The translations under genes were made by a program, and so were the position numbers. A stretch of DNA of 64,000 nucleotides from Tubulanus polymorphus (taxonomy: Eukaryota; Animalia; Nemertea), in assembly GCF_964204645.1 (NCBI RefSeq), contig NC_134029.1, positions 1,798,001 through 1,862,000 of the forward strand. Reading direction: 5' to 3'. Below are positions 1 to 14,100 of the stretch, one piece after another (position 1 is the stretch's first letter; each line of letters opens with the position of its first letter). The notes under the pieces were generated by a model that was not told the DNA's origin, ran no database searches, and saw nothing but the letters and a program-made list of their open reading frames with translations.

Positions 1-78
1 TCAGTCCGAGATAAAATATCGAAAAACATGGCTGTTGAATTCAACTAGAAAGTGATAAAGGTGTTAGCAATAAACTTG
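1..78 (+). promoter_or_regulatory. Probable Inr (TCAGTC) and non-coding first exon of the mei-P26-like gene
   Basis: The window opens with TCAGTC, matching the protostome Inr consensus TCAGTY. A strong donor TTG|GTAAGT lies at 78/79 and a polypyrimidine-CAG acceptor at 576, upstream of the ATG at 713. Confidence 0.5.
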
Positions 79-712
79 GTAAGTGTGTGATTGTATTTGA
101 TGTGTTTGAAGTGTGCTAATATGAGAAGACACGATGTAATTTGGAGTTTGAAGTGAGGTCCGGGGGGAGGGGAGGTCGGTCACGCCAGCATTCGTCGTGC
201 AGCAGCAGAGCAGTATGCAGCTGAGAGCTATCAACGAGGACGTGTGCGCGGGCTCGGCTGCATCATGCTGAGATGTTCACATTGCACATTTGGCACTCTT
301 AAGAGTTAACTAAATTCAACCCAGCCATTTATGGATGCAATAAACTTAATATTGTTGCTGGATGTTAATTCTATTTTATTTATCCTGTTCTGATGTTTCG
401 TCAAACAAGATGGCTTCTCTCTTCCGTGTTGAATTAATTAAAACATTTCACCATCAGTTTCACTTTCATTTCTAATTGATAGATCCAGAACAAGCTATTT
501 AAACTGCTTTCATCATAATAGATAATCAAATTTCATCAGATTTCTTGGACTTAGAATTATTATTTTCATTTTTCAGGAATTTTTTATTTTTTAAATATTT
601 TTACAAGCATTGTGTGATCTTCGAAGATTTTGACTGAAAAAACAAAAAACTGAACTACAGTTAAACAACTATTAACGGGACGCGCGAAAAAAAAAACAAG
701 CCGTTGTTTAAA

Positions 713-3700
713 ATGTCGTCGGTTTCGTCAAATAACTCGGTAACGTCGGAAGACGAGACTCAGTCGTTGAGTGGAGGTGATACTGCCGCGTTATTGATGA
801 ACGAGGACTACACTTGTTCGCTTTGTAACGACAAGTTTAAGAATCCGCGAATCCTGACGTGTTTACACGTATTCTGTACCGTATGTCTAGAGAAGTTGAT
901 GTCTGGTGACGATGATGATGATGATGACGAAGAATTAGAGGCGAGCGAAGATGAAGATGTGAAAGTGAAGAATCCCGATGTTTTAGTTTGCCCGACCTGC
1001 GAACAGGAGACGAGACTCGGCGAGAAAGGCATCGATGGTTTGCCGTTTGATTTTGTGTTGGCGAATTTACTGGATATGAGTGATATCGAGGAGAGGCAGA
1101 TTATCTGTACGAGTTGTAAAGCTAAAGAGAAAGCTGTCGCTCGCTGCAGTGATTGCGCTACATTTCTCTGTCCGAACTGTGTCACCGCTCATCAATATAT
1201 GAGATGTTTTGAGAATCACAAGGTAAATTAGTTTTATATTTCGATGGGTCTACACAAACTTCATATCATTGCCGTTGAGATTTTGATGGCATTGAACATT
1301 AAGCCCGGTGCGATTTTGATGGCATTGAACATTTAGCCCGGTGCGATTTTGATGGCATTGAACATTTAGCCCGGTGCTGCCAATTGTTCCTGATATTCAA
1401 TATTTGCTACCATTTTGTCTGCTAGAAATACTGATTTGATTCGATTGATGTGTACTTACTGAAAACGATGTTCATAATTACTGATTAATTAGAATATTTT
1501 CGTTCATGTTTCAATGATCAACTTGTCACTGATGAGAGGTTGGCAGCCCTGCTAACTCATTTGAATTTGCTTATTTGAGTGATCTATGTTTCTTCCAAGT
1601 TAGTTTGATTGATGGTACAGCCAGGGTTTAATTCTACTTGGCTAGACCTGCCCTTACAATTGAACGCATATTAATCCAGCTGTTATTTGATTGTACAGCT
1701 TGTAACTCTCACTTTCTGCTGTAATGAATTTGAAAGAAAGTTCACATAAACTGAAAGTGTGATTGTTGTTGAAATCTAATGTATGATTATTGATTCACAG
1801 GTTTTGACGTTTGAAGAATTGAAAAGTGCCGAGAATGGACTTTCTCTTCATCGACCTGTGTTCTGCCCTCTACATCCGACTGAGAATATGAAATATTTCT
1901 GCAATTCTTGTCAGGTAAAAATAGAACGTTCAACGTTTAATCTATTAATCATGTGCGGAAATTAGAACACAAAAATTACAGAGCGTGCCCTTTGGATCTG
2001 ATATAACGTGAGGGTTGAATTCGATCTGTGTTTTGTGTGTGTTTGTGTATCCTGGGTTATATTGATTAATACCGAACACTGGCAGTATGTGTGTGTGTGT
2101 GTGTGTGATCCACCTGTTAACAGTGTAACAACGGTTTAATGTTTCATCCCTTCTTACAAATCAATATAACTCTTGACATGTGTAAACCCCTCATTAATCA
2201 CTGAATAACACACATTGCATATTCATATAAAACTCGTTGAATTCCCTTCGGGTTGAGATATAAAAACCTATATTTGATACTTAATGCCTGAAACTGAAAG
2301 GATCTTTGTATTAAGAGACAGTAATGAATTGTATTTAGGGCCGGTTGTTTAGATGCTGTTATTGATGGTCACAGAGGGACCGAGTGCGTAAATCTGACCT
2401 CAACCTATTGACATCTTTATCAACATTTGTTCTCAAAGAATTCTCAACCGGGGCCCAGTTCAACATTTTTACTTAGTCCTAGGGTGGTCTCAAATCACAT
2501 AATACTAGTGATAACTTCTTAGGCTTTTACAATCAAGTCGTACCTAGACTAGACTTAGCTAGTCTGTGGCCTAAGCAGCCCTAAATTATATTTGTTCCGA
2601 TGTTAGTTTAATCACCATACGTTTTCAGAAGATGTGGGGACTTAGTGCAGGAAGAATTTGTTTCATTATTTGTGTTTGAAGATTTCTAGCTTATTGGTCT
2701 ATATACTGTTTACATGTATGAAACTATCAGAATGTTTATCTCTGAATGTTAAATGCTACACACATATAGATATAAAGTTGTTATATTCATTGGCAACAGT
2801 ATTTTATGTAGCGCGTGTAACTGTTATTGCAGGTGACAGTTTGTAATAATTGCACGATTACTGATCACAAATCGCCTGAACATTTGTGCGAAAGATTTCA
2901 AGATATCGAACAACACACGAAAGAGGAGATGACATCACTGATGAACGAAAGTAGATCGAAAGTTCAATTCTGCGAAGATACAAAGTATAATCTACAGAAT
3001 TGTCTGTCGGAGTTACAGGAACAGCGAGACCACGCGAAAGGACTCATTCAGGAAACATTCCAGAGCTATAAAGCTATTTTAGAAAAATGCCAGGTAAAAA
3101 CATCGCATATGAATCACAGGTGAAGAACTAACAACTACTGTGTGTGTGTGTGTGTGTGTATGAAACACATGCAAGCAATAGTTAAAAATATGAAATAAAA
3201 AATCAACATGGCTGAATTCATCTCATCGGAAATACAAGAATTTATGGTTGGATACACTTGACTTTTAGTACTTTCTTTGGCAGACAGACAGCGATAAAAA
3301 CATCTAAAAATAGATTTTGGCCTGGTTTCTTTAACGCACAAGTAGCTGTCAGTCTTTATTAGCTGTAAAACCCACTTTCAACTAAGATAACTAGGATATT
3401 TCTTTAAAGTAATGACGTTTAGACTCTTGCTACGATTTATCGTTGAACTGATTTTTAACTGGTATCTATAGAATGTGTTTGATATTAGATCAAATATGAA
3501 TAATAATCTGAAAACAGGGAAATTAATTTTTATACAAAAGAAAATAATTGTTCAAAATTATATCGATTCAATGTTGTTTTTAACCAGGAAAATGCGCTAA
3601 AAGACCTCGGCGAATTACACTACAACCAAGAATTGAAGATAATGGATATGATTCACAGCGTGTCGAAAACAGTCGATAGAATCGAGGACGGCTGTAAATT

Positions 3701-6700
3701 CACCGATCGTATTGTCACTAACGGCAACGACGTCGAGTTATTGATGATGAAGAAAGTCGTGAAGACTCAGTTAATGTCTCTGATCAATAACACGCCAACA
3801 GCAGACGTGAGCAATCAGATCGAATTCGTTAGCGATACGAAAGAATTCGAGGACGCGGTCACTCGAGCTTTCGGTCATTTCAAGAAAAAGGTGAGGAGCC
3901 GACCGACAATGTGCATTTGGGTAATTTCATCTACTAGCAGTTCATTTTGAGCAAACGGATGATACAAATTTTAGAAACAATTGTAGAAAATTGCCCTTGA
4001 ATAACAAGCCTTCATTGGAAATATAGCCTTGGTTTCTTCCATTTTGAAACGGTCGCTTTCACTGTTTTAAAACCATCAGTTGCTCGTGAAGTCTTGAAAC
4101 TGCAGTTCCATAGACTGCGGGAAATGAATTAACCTAAATGATTGATTGTTTGATATAGGATTTCAGTGCTTTGCAGCCTGTTAACTAAAATCATCGGTAT
4201 AGACTAGTTGTTTCATGACTGTAGCCTATTTTGCATACATTACCTTTATAGGAAACGAGCATCGAGACTCAAGTTTCATCTCTGCAATCATCATTTGATA
4301 CGGACGCGTTCAGTCTCCCGTCCGGAGTGCTGAGTCCCGTGAATGCTACGCTGTTGTCGTTGAATACAATACCGCAGACATCTGTAACAGGTGGCGCTGC
4401 AGCTGCCGTACAGACGCCGACCGATTTCATGCCTGTCCAGAATCCGGTTTCACATCTACCTCCACTGTCGTTATCGGTATCAATACCGAATACAATCACC
4501 CCTCCGCCGCTCATATCTAGTATGTCTAATATAACTGGATCAATGGGTAGCGGAATAGCGGCGATTACTGAGAGAAGTTTATCTCGTAGTTCTCACAGTC
4601 CGGCGATGTCTGATAGCGGTATCTCTCTAGATGCTAGTAGTGGAGGTAGTGGTAGTAATACACCGTTAGTTAACCTCGCCACACTTGCTAGACTCGGAAC
4701 TGTCAACATTAATCCTCAAGGTAACATTTCATTTTAAATATTTGTATTCATGCATTATTGTTAATTGCAAAGAATCTGAACCATTAAGACATATTATATT
4801 ATTGTGTTTTACTGATAATCAATAATTCTAACATCGAATGTGTTTTTTTGTTGTCGTAACTGTTTTAACACTGACACACGCACACATGCAGTGTGACACA
4901 CTCACTGTGACACATGCAGTGATGGTGAAAGTCATCGTCGCACTCTGCACTCTCAGTCAGCAGACGCGTTACCATGACGCCCGTGTTCTATGTTATATCA
5001 GTTTCAGACTTTCACGACTATGATCTAACATCTTGTGTCGCTACAGGACAGATCACGTTGAATGGTCAGGTTTTACCGGGACTCAATCTAAACAACGTCA
5101 CTGGAATACAGTCGATCCTCGGTAGACAGAACTCGATGGCTTCAAATCATGAAAATGGTGAGATATGATATTTTCCATCATTCGAAAACGCTTGATTTAT
5201 AGAATTCTAGCGAAAATCTTCTCCGAGATCCTCCAGTGTTTAGGCATCGTAGCAAAAAATACAGTACCCTCGAACTACTCCTTAAATCAAGCCAGTTGTT
5301 GAGTCAGGACTCATTCATTATCAGAGAATTATTGAGTTTATTTGTTTTATAATATGTTCGCACAGATTTGTTAGCAGAACTTGGAGCATTGCCTCCGTTG
5401 GATGGAATATCTTCATCCAACACGACGTCACCGACACCGACGTTAGATGAGTTAGCCACGCTGTTGAATCGTACTCAATTAAACGGAGGATTCGGAAGTC
5501 TGACGCAACCTCCTTCATCAACACAAAATAATACGCTGACTAATATCGGTACATTTAATGCATCGACTACTCGTATGGGAAGCACACCGTCTCCTGGTAA
5601 ATATAACTCACTCAAAGCTGAGTCGGCGTTTCATAGAGATCATGTTTGATTTTGGGTTTTATATATGTTTCAGTTCCATCAGGAATCTACGGTAGTACGA
5701 GTAATCCTTTTAATCCCGCTAACCCTACACCACCCTTCCCTCGAAGATCTGGTAAAATGTCAGCCATGCAGATTAGGTAAGTGAAATAGTAATGATTCCA
5801 GTCGTGTAGAGTGTATTCAGTTTGCACTGTATTCTGTTGTATCTCAGTTCAGTCAACCCTGAATGCCCATTGTCAACAAAGCCAGCTGTATACCTGTGAT
5901 GAATTGACCTAACATATGTTTGGTTAGGGTTGAATGGCCAGTGAATAGTGATCAGTGTGACCTAGGGTTAGGGTTTTCACCACACTGTACCGTGTGCTTG
6001 CTGTTTACTATCGGCATTGTTATTGTTGAGGCACCATGTATAGCAGTCAGTCATGCCGAATGACTATCTAGGCGTGCCTTTTGATCGGTAACTAAGCTTT
6101 TATGTATCACGTGAAATAAAAGAATCCGAGTTCAACAATAGTCATGAAGTTATTAGAAATTAGAAGATATAAAGAATTGCCATAATTTGATTAACTTTTT
6201 AAACGACATGTAATTTTCTGTTATTATTTCCGGTGTATGAAAACTTCTTGGTATTTTGTAATAGGTGTAAATTCGGACAGCTCGGTCCGGGTAAAGGACA
6301 GTTTAATTCACCTCACGGATTCTGTCTCGGATTAGAAGAAGACATAATTGTCGCCGACACGAATAATCACCGAATTCAAGTGTTCGAGAAAACCGGTGAA
6401 TTTAAATATCAGTTCGGAATTCCTGGTAAGAATAGATTTCTACGTTAAGATCTGTGATGTTGTATTTCCGACATTATAAAGAGAAAATTTGGTCGGTGTT
6501 TGTAGGTCGTGAAGAAGGTCAGCTGTGGTACCCGCGTAAAGTTGCCGTTATGAGGAACTCCGGTAAATACGTCGTTTGCGATCGTGGTAATGAAAGATCT
6601 AGAATGCAGATATTCACGAAGAACGGGCATTTCATCAAGAAAATAGCGATCAGATATATCGATATAGTAGCGGGATTGGCTATCACTCCACAGGGTAACA

Positions 6701-7514
6701 TTCAGTAATACATGCCCTATTTGTTGATATATAGAAGGATTATATCACTAACATGCAATTATAATTACAGGTCATATAGTAGCTGTTGATAGTGTATCTC
6801 CTACTGTATTCTGTATTGCTGAAACTGGTGAATTGGTTCGCTGGTTTGATTGTAGTGATTATATGAGAGAACCGTCTGATATCGCTGTCAATGGTAAAGA
6901 ATACTTCGTTTGTGATTTCAAGGTACGTTTTATTTTCATATTTACGGCTTACAATTCTCAGTCTTTGAGGGGAGAGCGATAAGATAGGACTACAACGACT
7001 TAGAGAGTGGTTTCTACTGTTTTCAAGAGCTCAACTCCTAAAAATATCAAAATACTCTCAATATCAGAAGAATTTTTTGTTCATTTTCATTAAAAGCACT
7101 ACTTTTGTTATCTAATAACTCTTTGTTTTTCTATACAAACCCTGGCCTGAATGTTGCTAAGGTGTCATTTTCGTTAATTGTATGTTTGTCTAAATGTATT
7201 TGTAGGGTCACTGTGTGGTTGTATTTAACGAGGAAGGTCAGTTCCTCAGACGTATCGGATGTGAGAATATCACTAATTTCCCGAACGGTATCGATATAAG
7301 CGACGCTGGTGACGTATTGATCGGCGACAGTCACGGTAATCGGTTCCACGTCGGTGTATTCCAGCGCGACGGATCACTCATCGGAGAATTCGAGTGTCCG
7401 TATGTCAAGGTCAGCCGGTGCTGCGGTTTGAAGATAACGTCTGAAGGTTACATCGTAACGCTGGCCAAAAACAACCACCACGTTCTAGTCTTAAACACGT
7501 TATACATCGCTTAG
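713..7514 (+). CDS. mei-P26: TRIM-NHL RNA-binding E3 ligase, Mei-P26/NHL-2 orthologue (RING, 2 B-boxes, coiled coil, S/T/P-rich linker, NHL propeller)
   Basis: Exons approx. 713-1222, 1801-1914, 2833-3093, 3588-3890, 4252-4720, 5047-5157, 5366-5596, 5674-5776, 6265-6425, 6506-6694, 6771-6922, 7206-7514, all GT-AG and in phase. [21 protein letters not shown]; B-boxes CTSC..CSDC and CPLH..CNSC. The NHL text [11 protein letters not shown]...[11 protein letters not shown]...[10 protein letters not shown]...[29 protein letters not shown] matches my recollection of Drosophila Mei-P26 rather than Brat (which lacks a RING). Confidence 0.92.
1279..1377. repeat. Three tandem copies of a 33-bp unit in a mei-P26 intron
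   Basis: GATTTTGATGGCATTGAACATT(A/T)AGCCCGGTGC x3. Confidence 0.95.
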
Positions 7515-8844
7515 TGACAGCGCCATCTGTATGTAAATATATGAATTAACTACTGGAAGTTCGTTGATGTTTTAAAGATGAAAGGTGTTTGTAATGTACG
7601 TACGTTCTATTCGAGTTGGTTCGGTATTTTTTAAAAGTTGATCGTTTCTGGTGACATTGAGGAAAAAAAATTATATATACGTAAATAGCTTTAAACTAAT
7701 CGATGTCCACCTCGTTTTTAAGCGTAAGACGGACGGTTTTATTCCTAGGCGAGAAAGCTTCACTGATTCGTTGTAATATTACTCATGAGTTAGTTGCTTG
7801 ATGCAGGTTTAACGTACAGTTCTTCTCGGGAGACAGATGACGAAATATCGGTGAAGAACAGCCGTACGTGTAGATAGATTAATTCATTAACAAACTGTTG
7901 CTTAATTGATTAAAACATTCCCTTCCTGTCCATAGATCAAATTAATTCATCTCATAATACTTCGATTTTTAGAAAGTCGTGAAATATCACTCAATTCTGC
8001 GCGAGTGACTTTCTGATTTTCAGCTGATCGGATTAAAAGAAGCGAGATGCGCCTTTAATGACTAGTTGTTACCGTAATAATCAGTTGTGCTGTGAACGAC
8101 ATGTTTTCTTTTTATATACACGCAATGCGTTTATCATCATTATTTAATCTTGTGCCAATAATACATGTGTTGACAAACAATTTTTTGTTAGCGCATATTA
8201 TTATTATTATTATTGAATCTATTATAGGTTTATATATATGAATATTCAGTGTATTTCTACTGTGTATGTTATATATATATGAACACTGCCATATTAAAAA
8301 GTCCGTGTGATTTCATTATTAAAGTCTACCAAACGCTGGCTGCGGCCATTTTCATAACAGTTGCCGACATATAAGTCTTGTACCTAGCCGTTGTTCCGTA
8401 AAATCTTGAGAGCGTTATGATAATGCGGTATTCAACTTCCAATATGAATGGTTGGGTATTGGCAATGCGGTATTCAACTTCCAATATGAATGGTTGGGTA
8501 TTGGGGTTTACTGTATCTGCTCCTGGTATCGAGACCTGTAGTTACTGTTCCACGTGTATCGGGGTTCGCGGTATCTATATTCCCTGTCGGTATCTGATAC
8601 TGCTCTGTGTATCTGAGCTTACAGTCTGAATTCGTGACATATATTTATGATTTTCTGTCTCATAAAACATAATGAAACTGTGGTAGTATTTATTGTGCTC
8701 TCACTCTAGTTTAAATTTACCTCTTTCATCATCCAGATTTTGGACTTGGATTTTTTTAGCCATATTCTATGCGTATATAGATATATATATATATATATAA
8801 TTATGTGTAAGTTCGTTGTATTTGTATACACCTGTGAATCACAT

Positions 8845-8886
<42 letters not shown>

Positions 8887-11114
8887 CTTCTGACTATGCA
8901 GATATATATTTAATCATCTATTATTATATGTGAAAGTGATCTGATTTACAAAACGCTCTCTCTTTACGAATGAGTAACATCTATATTCAAATTCACTGAG
9001 CTGAAAAAAACGTATCGTTATGATTTGTCATTTTTCAAACAGTGGTAGAGAGTAATTTAGGTTTGATAGCGCACAAATTTCAGGCTTAAATGTGACTGAG
9101 GTATTCTATAATGAAAATTGAGGAATCTGACTAGTAAAATACACATCTGAAGATCATGGACCAATTGTGAAAATAATGCCTTCCAATGGTTTACGGTAGA
9201 AATAGCTTATTTAATATGTCTTTGAAAAAATGCTGCAGTCAAAATGTTGTCAACCATGCATGTCGGTGTTGGGAGATTTTTTTACTAGCTAAGAACTTTT
9301 TGTTACGCGGCCCCGGAAATAAAAGATATTTCGGGCCAGATATATCATCAACCTGCATCTTATATAAATGATCGATTATACTACATTTAGAATATAAAAA
9401 AATGAGAAAAAAACTAACAAAAATAAAAACACGATGGAATGATTATTAATGTTGAGATGTCCACTTGTAATAACTGTATGCTACTAGTGTTTTTGTGCTG
9501 AAGGGTAAAAAATCCATTTAAATTTGGCATAATTTTATTTTTTAATAAATTTTATTGTAAATAGTATTTTTGATTAGAATCGATTTAAATATATTGCAGT
9601 TCTTACACAATCTTTGATTAATATTAACTACATTTTGGATTTATTATGAATCCGGGTACTATATACAAATATCGATGACAAAATATAGATCTGAATAGTT
9701 GCCTCGCGTAGACAGTTTCATATACCGCAATATAACAACTGATTAGCACTTGAAATTTCACTCATGAGCTTAAAACTAAACTAAACACGTTCGAAACAAA
9801 TCAGAAAACGTTGTGATTTTTAACCCTTCACAAATAACAGGGGTTCCTCTTTGTCGTCTATATGTGAATGGTTCATTTCTATGATGATAAAACAAAAAAC
9901 AAATTCAACAATTTGAAGAAAAAATTTGCTCAATTTTTGTACAAGTTTATTACTATTATTATTATCTATCTCTTACTCTATTTCACAGCTGAAAGTTTGC
10001 TGGTCGATCAAATTGTAGTTCCCACACACCGCAGGATTTAACACAGAAGTTTATTAAGTCAAAGCACCCCCGATCCCTCGTTAATCTACTCTATATAAAA
10101 GATGAACGACTGTTTTATATAGTTTGTAATGATAATGTCTTTCATTGTGTCAATTGTCTCCTTTACGTATTATTACTAAACTATACTGATATTATACTAA
10201 ACTAGACTTAGTTGATATATTTGTAGAATCCCACCTGCCCCTATTGAGCTATAGTCGGAACTCTCACTTTGGCTTCTACTAACATACATTTATACCTATA
10301 CATACATAGACAAAGCTGGGACTTCATTTTGTGATGATTCAATGTACTTTAATCATTGTGGTTTTTTTTTCTAATGTTTAGGTTGCATTTGTGTTTATTG
10401 TGTATAAATGAAACGTATACAAATTTGTTATTTTTATTTTTAGTCAAATCGTAAAAATAGAAGCCTAGAAGATGATCGCTGATTGAGGGCGGTGTACGTG
10501 CACCACCTCAATCAGTATTAAAACTTTTTGTTGGGTTGTTTTTTTTTTCCTTTTGCGAATTGATTCAAAACTCAATCAATTGTTCATTTAATAAGCGAGG
10601 ATATAAATATTTAGACGATTCAGAAAAATTTATCTTTTGAAAGCATAATGATAAAGTTTAATCATCCACTGAGCACTGCTGTTTAACAGTTGCGAAGGAG
10701 GAATTATTTACAGTACGGTCCAGTACTTATTCCATCTCATTTTGAACGATAGATAACATAGCGAGAATCTGGGCTTTTTATGGCATTATCGGTCGTGGAA
10801 TTTTAGATAGGTTCGGGCTTTCATTTCGATTATCCGAAAAAGAACAGAATCATTTTTTTCCATGTTTATTACGCGTGTGTGTGTGCGTGCGCGCGATATA
10901 TGAAAACAGGACTAATAACAGAAGAATGTTCGGAATTAATTTAGCTGTGAGAAAAAGACAGGTATTTCTAAATATCTAAAATGCAGGGATTTTTTGTTCA
11001 ATTATTTACTACTAAAGAAAAGTGTTGTGTGTACCTTTAAAACTACAAACATATTCAGATAGATAATGTATACATTTACGAATTTATAATTAAGAGGAGT
11101 GTAGTGTTAAAGAG

Positions 11115-11149
<35 letters not shown>

Positions 11150-14100
11150 GCATGTGAGTGGATCAAATATTTACATATAGATTCTACATTACTATAAAAA
11201 TGCATTTTCTTCATTCCAAGAATGAGATTTTATTTTACAAAATTGTACATTTTCTCTTATATTTCTAGTGTTTTGTGTGTATCCAATCGTTACTATCAGA
11301 CGTGTAAGTGTTAAGTATCGTTGATGACCACGTCCTATTACGTAACGGCTTTATTGCAAAAATGTTTATTATTATTATTATTATTAACCATTTATGATTT
11401 ACAAATCTCAATTTTTCTTGCTTTACGATAATTGTATTAATTGATTGTCAAGTTTAGGTATATGTGTATATTCACAACATCCAGGATTTCTGTCTGATGT
11501 AGTTTTAATTTCTAACTGATTATTAATTTTTTCTCGATTTTCTCGGAAATTAGTTCATGATTTTCATTTTTAAATGGTATGAGGTCGATTTTATTATTTT
11601 AAAATTCTAGCAGAATTGTTTAGTTTTTTTTTTTCCATTTACACATTATATATAATTAGGGTTAAGTCAACCGGTTACGTAGTTTTTGTTGAATTCTGAC
11701 AGAAATCCTGAGAAGTTTTGTAGTAAAGAAAAAAAAGATGTTAAATGTAGTAGAATTAGATGTATGTAAGGCCCTATAGACAATACTACACTGCTGATTT
11801 AAGATAAAATATGATAACCTATTTACAAACAAGGGTGCGCACATCTCAGTTGGCGCTCTCCGGTAGTCGAGAGGGGAACTATACTTATGCAAAACTCTTT
11901 CGGAGATATTGATGAGATTTTGCTGTGCCTTTTCTTTTCAATATTCGCCTCGATTGTGTAATGATTGTATAAAACGTATGTGAACTTACAGCTCGCTTTA
12001 AAAAACATTTATCAGCAAAAACTAGAAGATTGAGATACATCGTGTAATTGATTTAAATCAAGTCCTGCTATTTCTTTGTTTTAAACCTCGTGCATTTTTT
12101 GAGCTATGGCAATACTTACAGAATATTTGCTATTTTGCGGAAACATATACTATGTGTTTCTGAGTAAAAATTCATGAATATCATTGTTCTTCCATTTCGG
12201 TTGAGACATCGTTTGTTTATTGTTGGCTGCTGAGACACGGGTCAAAACAGAAAAACCCTCGATAATGTTCTACTACGTGACACTCTTTTGTAGTTACTTT
12301 TTGAGATACGATCCTTACAACAACAAAAAATCAGTTCCCATTTTTAGCTGTTTTAGTGAATACAAACGTATTCTAGTGCCATTTTTATTGAGTGCACATT
12401 ACTACAATAATCCAGCTTGTTTTCTCCTCTAGTGTTATTTGTTGGTGAGGAAAAGCTGCACTTTTAACCTTGAATTGTGCTTTTATTAGAAATCTACAAC
12501 GTTTCCCCAGTTCAATAATCAAAATAGTATATTCTTTATCATAACCCTGATCTCTCTAATAGTCTGACAGTCGGATCGTATCTTATTAAAATGGCAGTAT
12601 TATAAAAAAGATGATAAGTTAAATGCAGCCAATAATAAGCATTCGGTGTCTTGACTATGTTGTTATTTTTATCAATCACTAGCTCTTTAAAATTGATAAT
12701 CTGGTGATGATTTATATATTTACATGTGGCTCAATAGTATTAAATATTATAATTATTAACACGATTATTATATTATTGCTGTGTAAAGGACCCCCTTAAA
12801 AAGTGTCGTTTCGGCGGCCCAATTTCGACCCTATCCTGTCGCGCGATAATATCTAGTGTTAACAAAGAGAATATTTTAATCAGTAATATTTTGGATAGCC
12901 ATTTATCCTGTTGTAGGCTCCCTTTTGAGCACAATTTTACACGTAAGTCACACTCCTGTCATATGTCCTTATTATTATTATAATTATTACGATTATTATT
13001 ATTGCATGGGCTGCAAGTTCCTACCTATGTATTCATTTCTATTATATTATACTATTATATGTCAGACTAGGGCTATTATTATGAACCTTATCATGACAAT
13101 CTGGTTTTTTAGTCTACAACGAGAACTGGTTATCCTTACATACTGGTATATATATAAATATATGAATATATTATATATATAAACATACATGGTGTACTAG
13201 CATTTTTGTAAAAAAAAAAAAGAATTATATTAAATAGCAGAAAAAAACCAAAAAAAATCATAAAACTTTATAAATGAAAAAAAAGAATTTGAATAATGTT
13301 TGGATATTGGAGTTTTCCAGATTTGTGTTAATATGTTTTGATTTTTTTTCCAATGTGTTTTTTGGAAAGAGTTATATAAATATTATTGAATTGAACGCTG
13401 TTTTCTCTGTTGAAATGATATGTATTAAGGGTAAAATCGTTATATATATATTATACGTAAATGTACATGTACACTTGTCGTGAAATAGAGAGAGAGGTGA
13501 CATGTTCGTCGCTGATGGTAACAGATATTATACCTATACAATGTACACTAAAGAATGTCGGAAACAGTATAAAAAAAGGTGTTTAAACTTTGTGTACTAA
13601 CTAATAATAACGTGTGGTAGATGAATCAAATAACTTGCATTTCTGAATTATATGTATATGTATATATATATATATATTGTTGCCAGGTTTCATAGTTGTT
13701 TATGTCGCTTAAATATCTCACCAGATGTCAGCAGTGGTCTGCGTGTGCGTGTGACGATTCGACACATTTTATATATATACATATAGTATATACTAAACAC
13801 GTGTATGTATGTATGTGCGTGCGTGTGTATAAACTAGACAAATACTCTTCAAAACATTGAAAACATATTCATTCTGTCGGTTCTAGAAGATTTGTTCGAC
13901 TTTGTGTTTCAAAGGGTATTCGTTTATTCTCAAACTCGGTGCTGATTTAGATTTAGATATTTACCATTATCATCTCGATATAATATTCAATTTTTCGCTT
14001 ATGTTTTAATTCATTGATCTGATAAATATAAATACGACGTTTAAAGGTTAATATTTACTCCTGAAGAAAAAAACGTGGTTATTCCATCATCCGTGGATTC

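Noticed and set aside
5962-5975. Telomere-like TAGGGTTAGGGTT
   Set aside because: Only two units; expected by chance.
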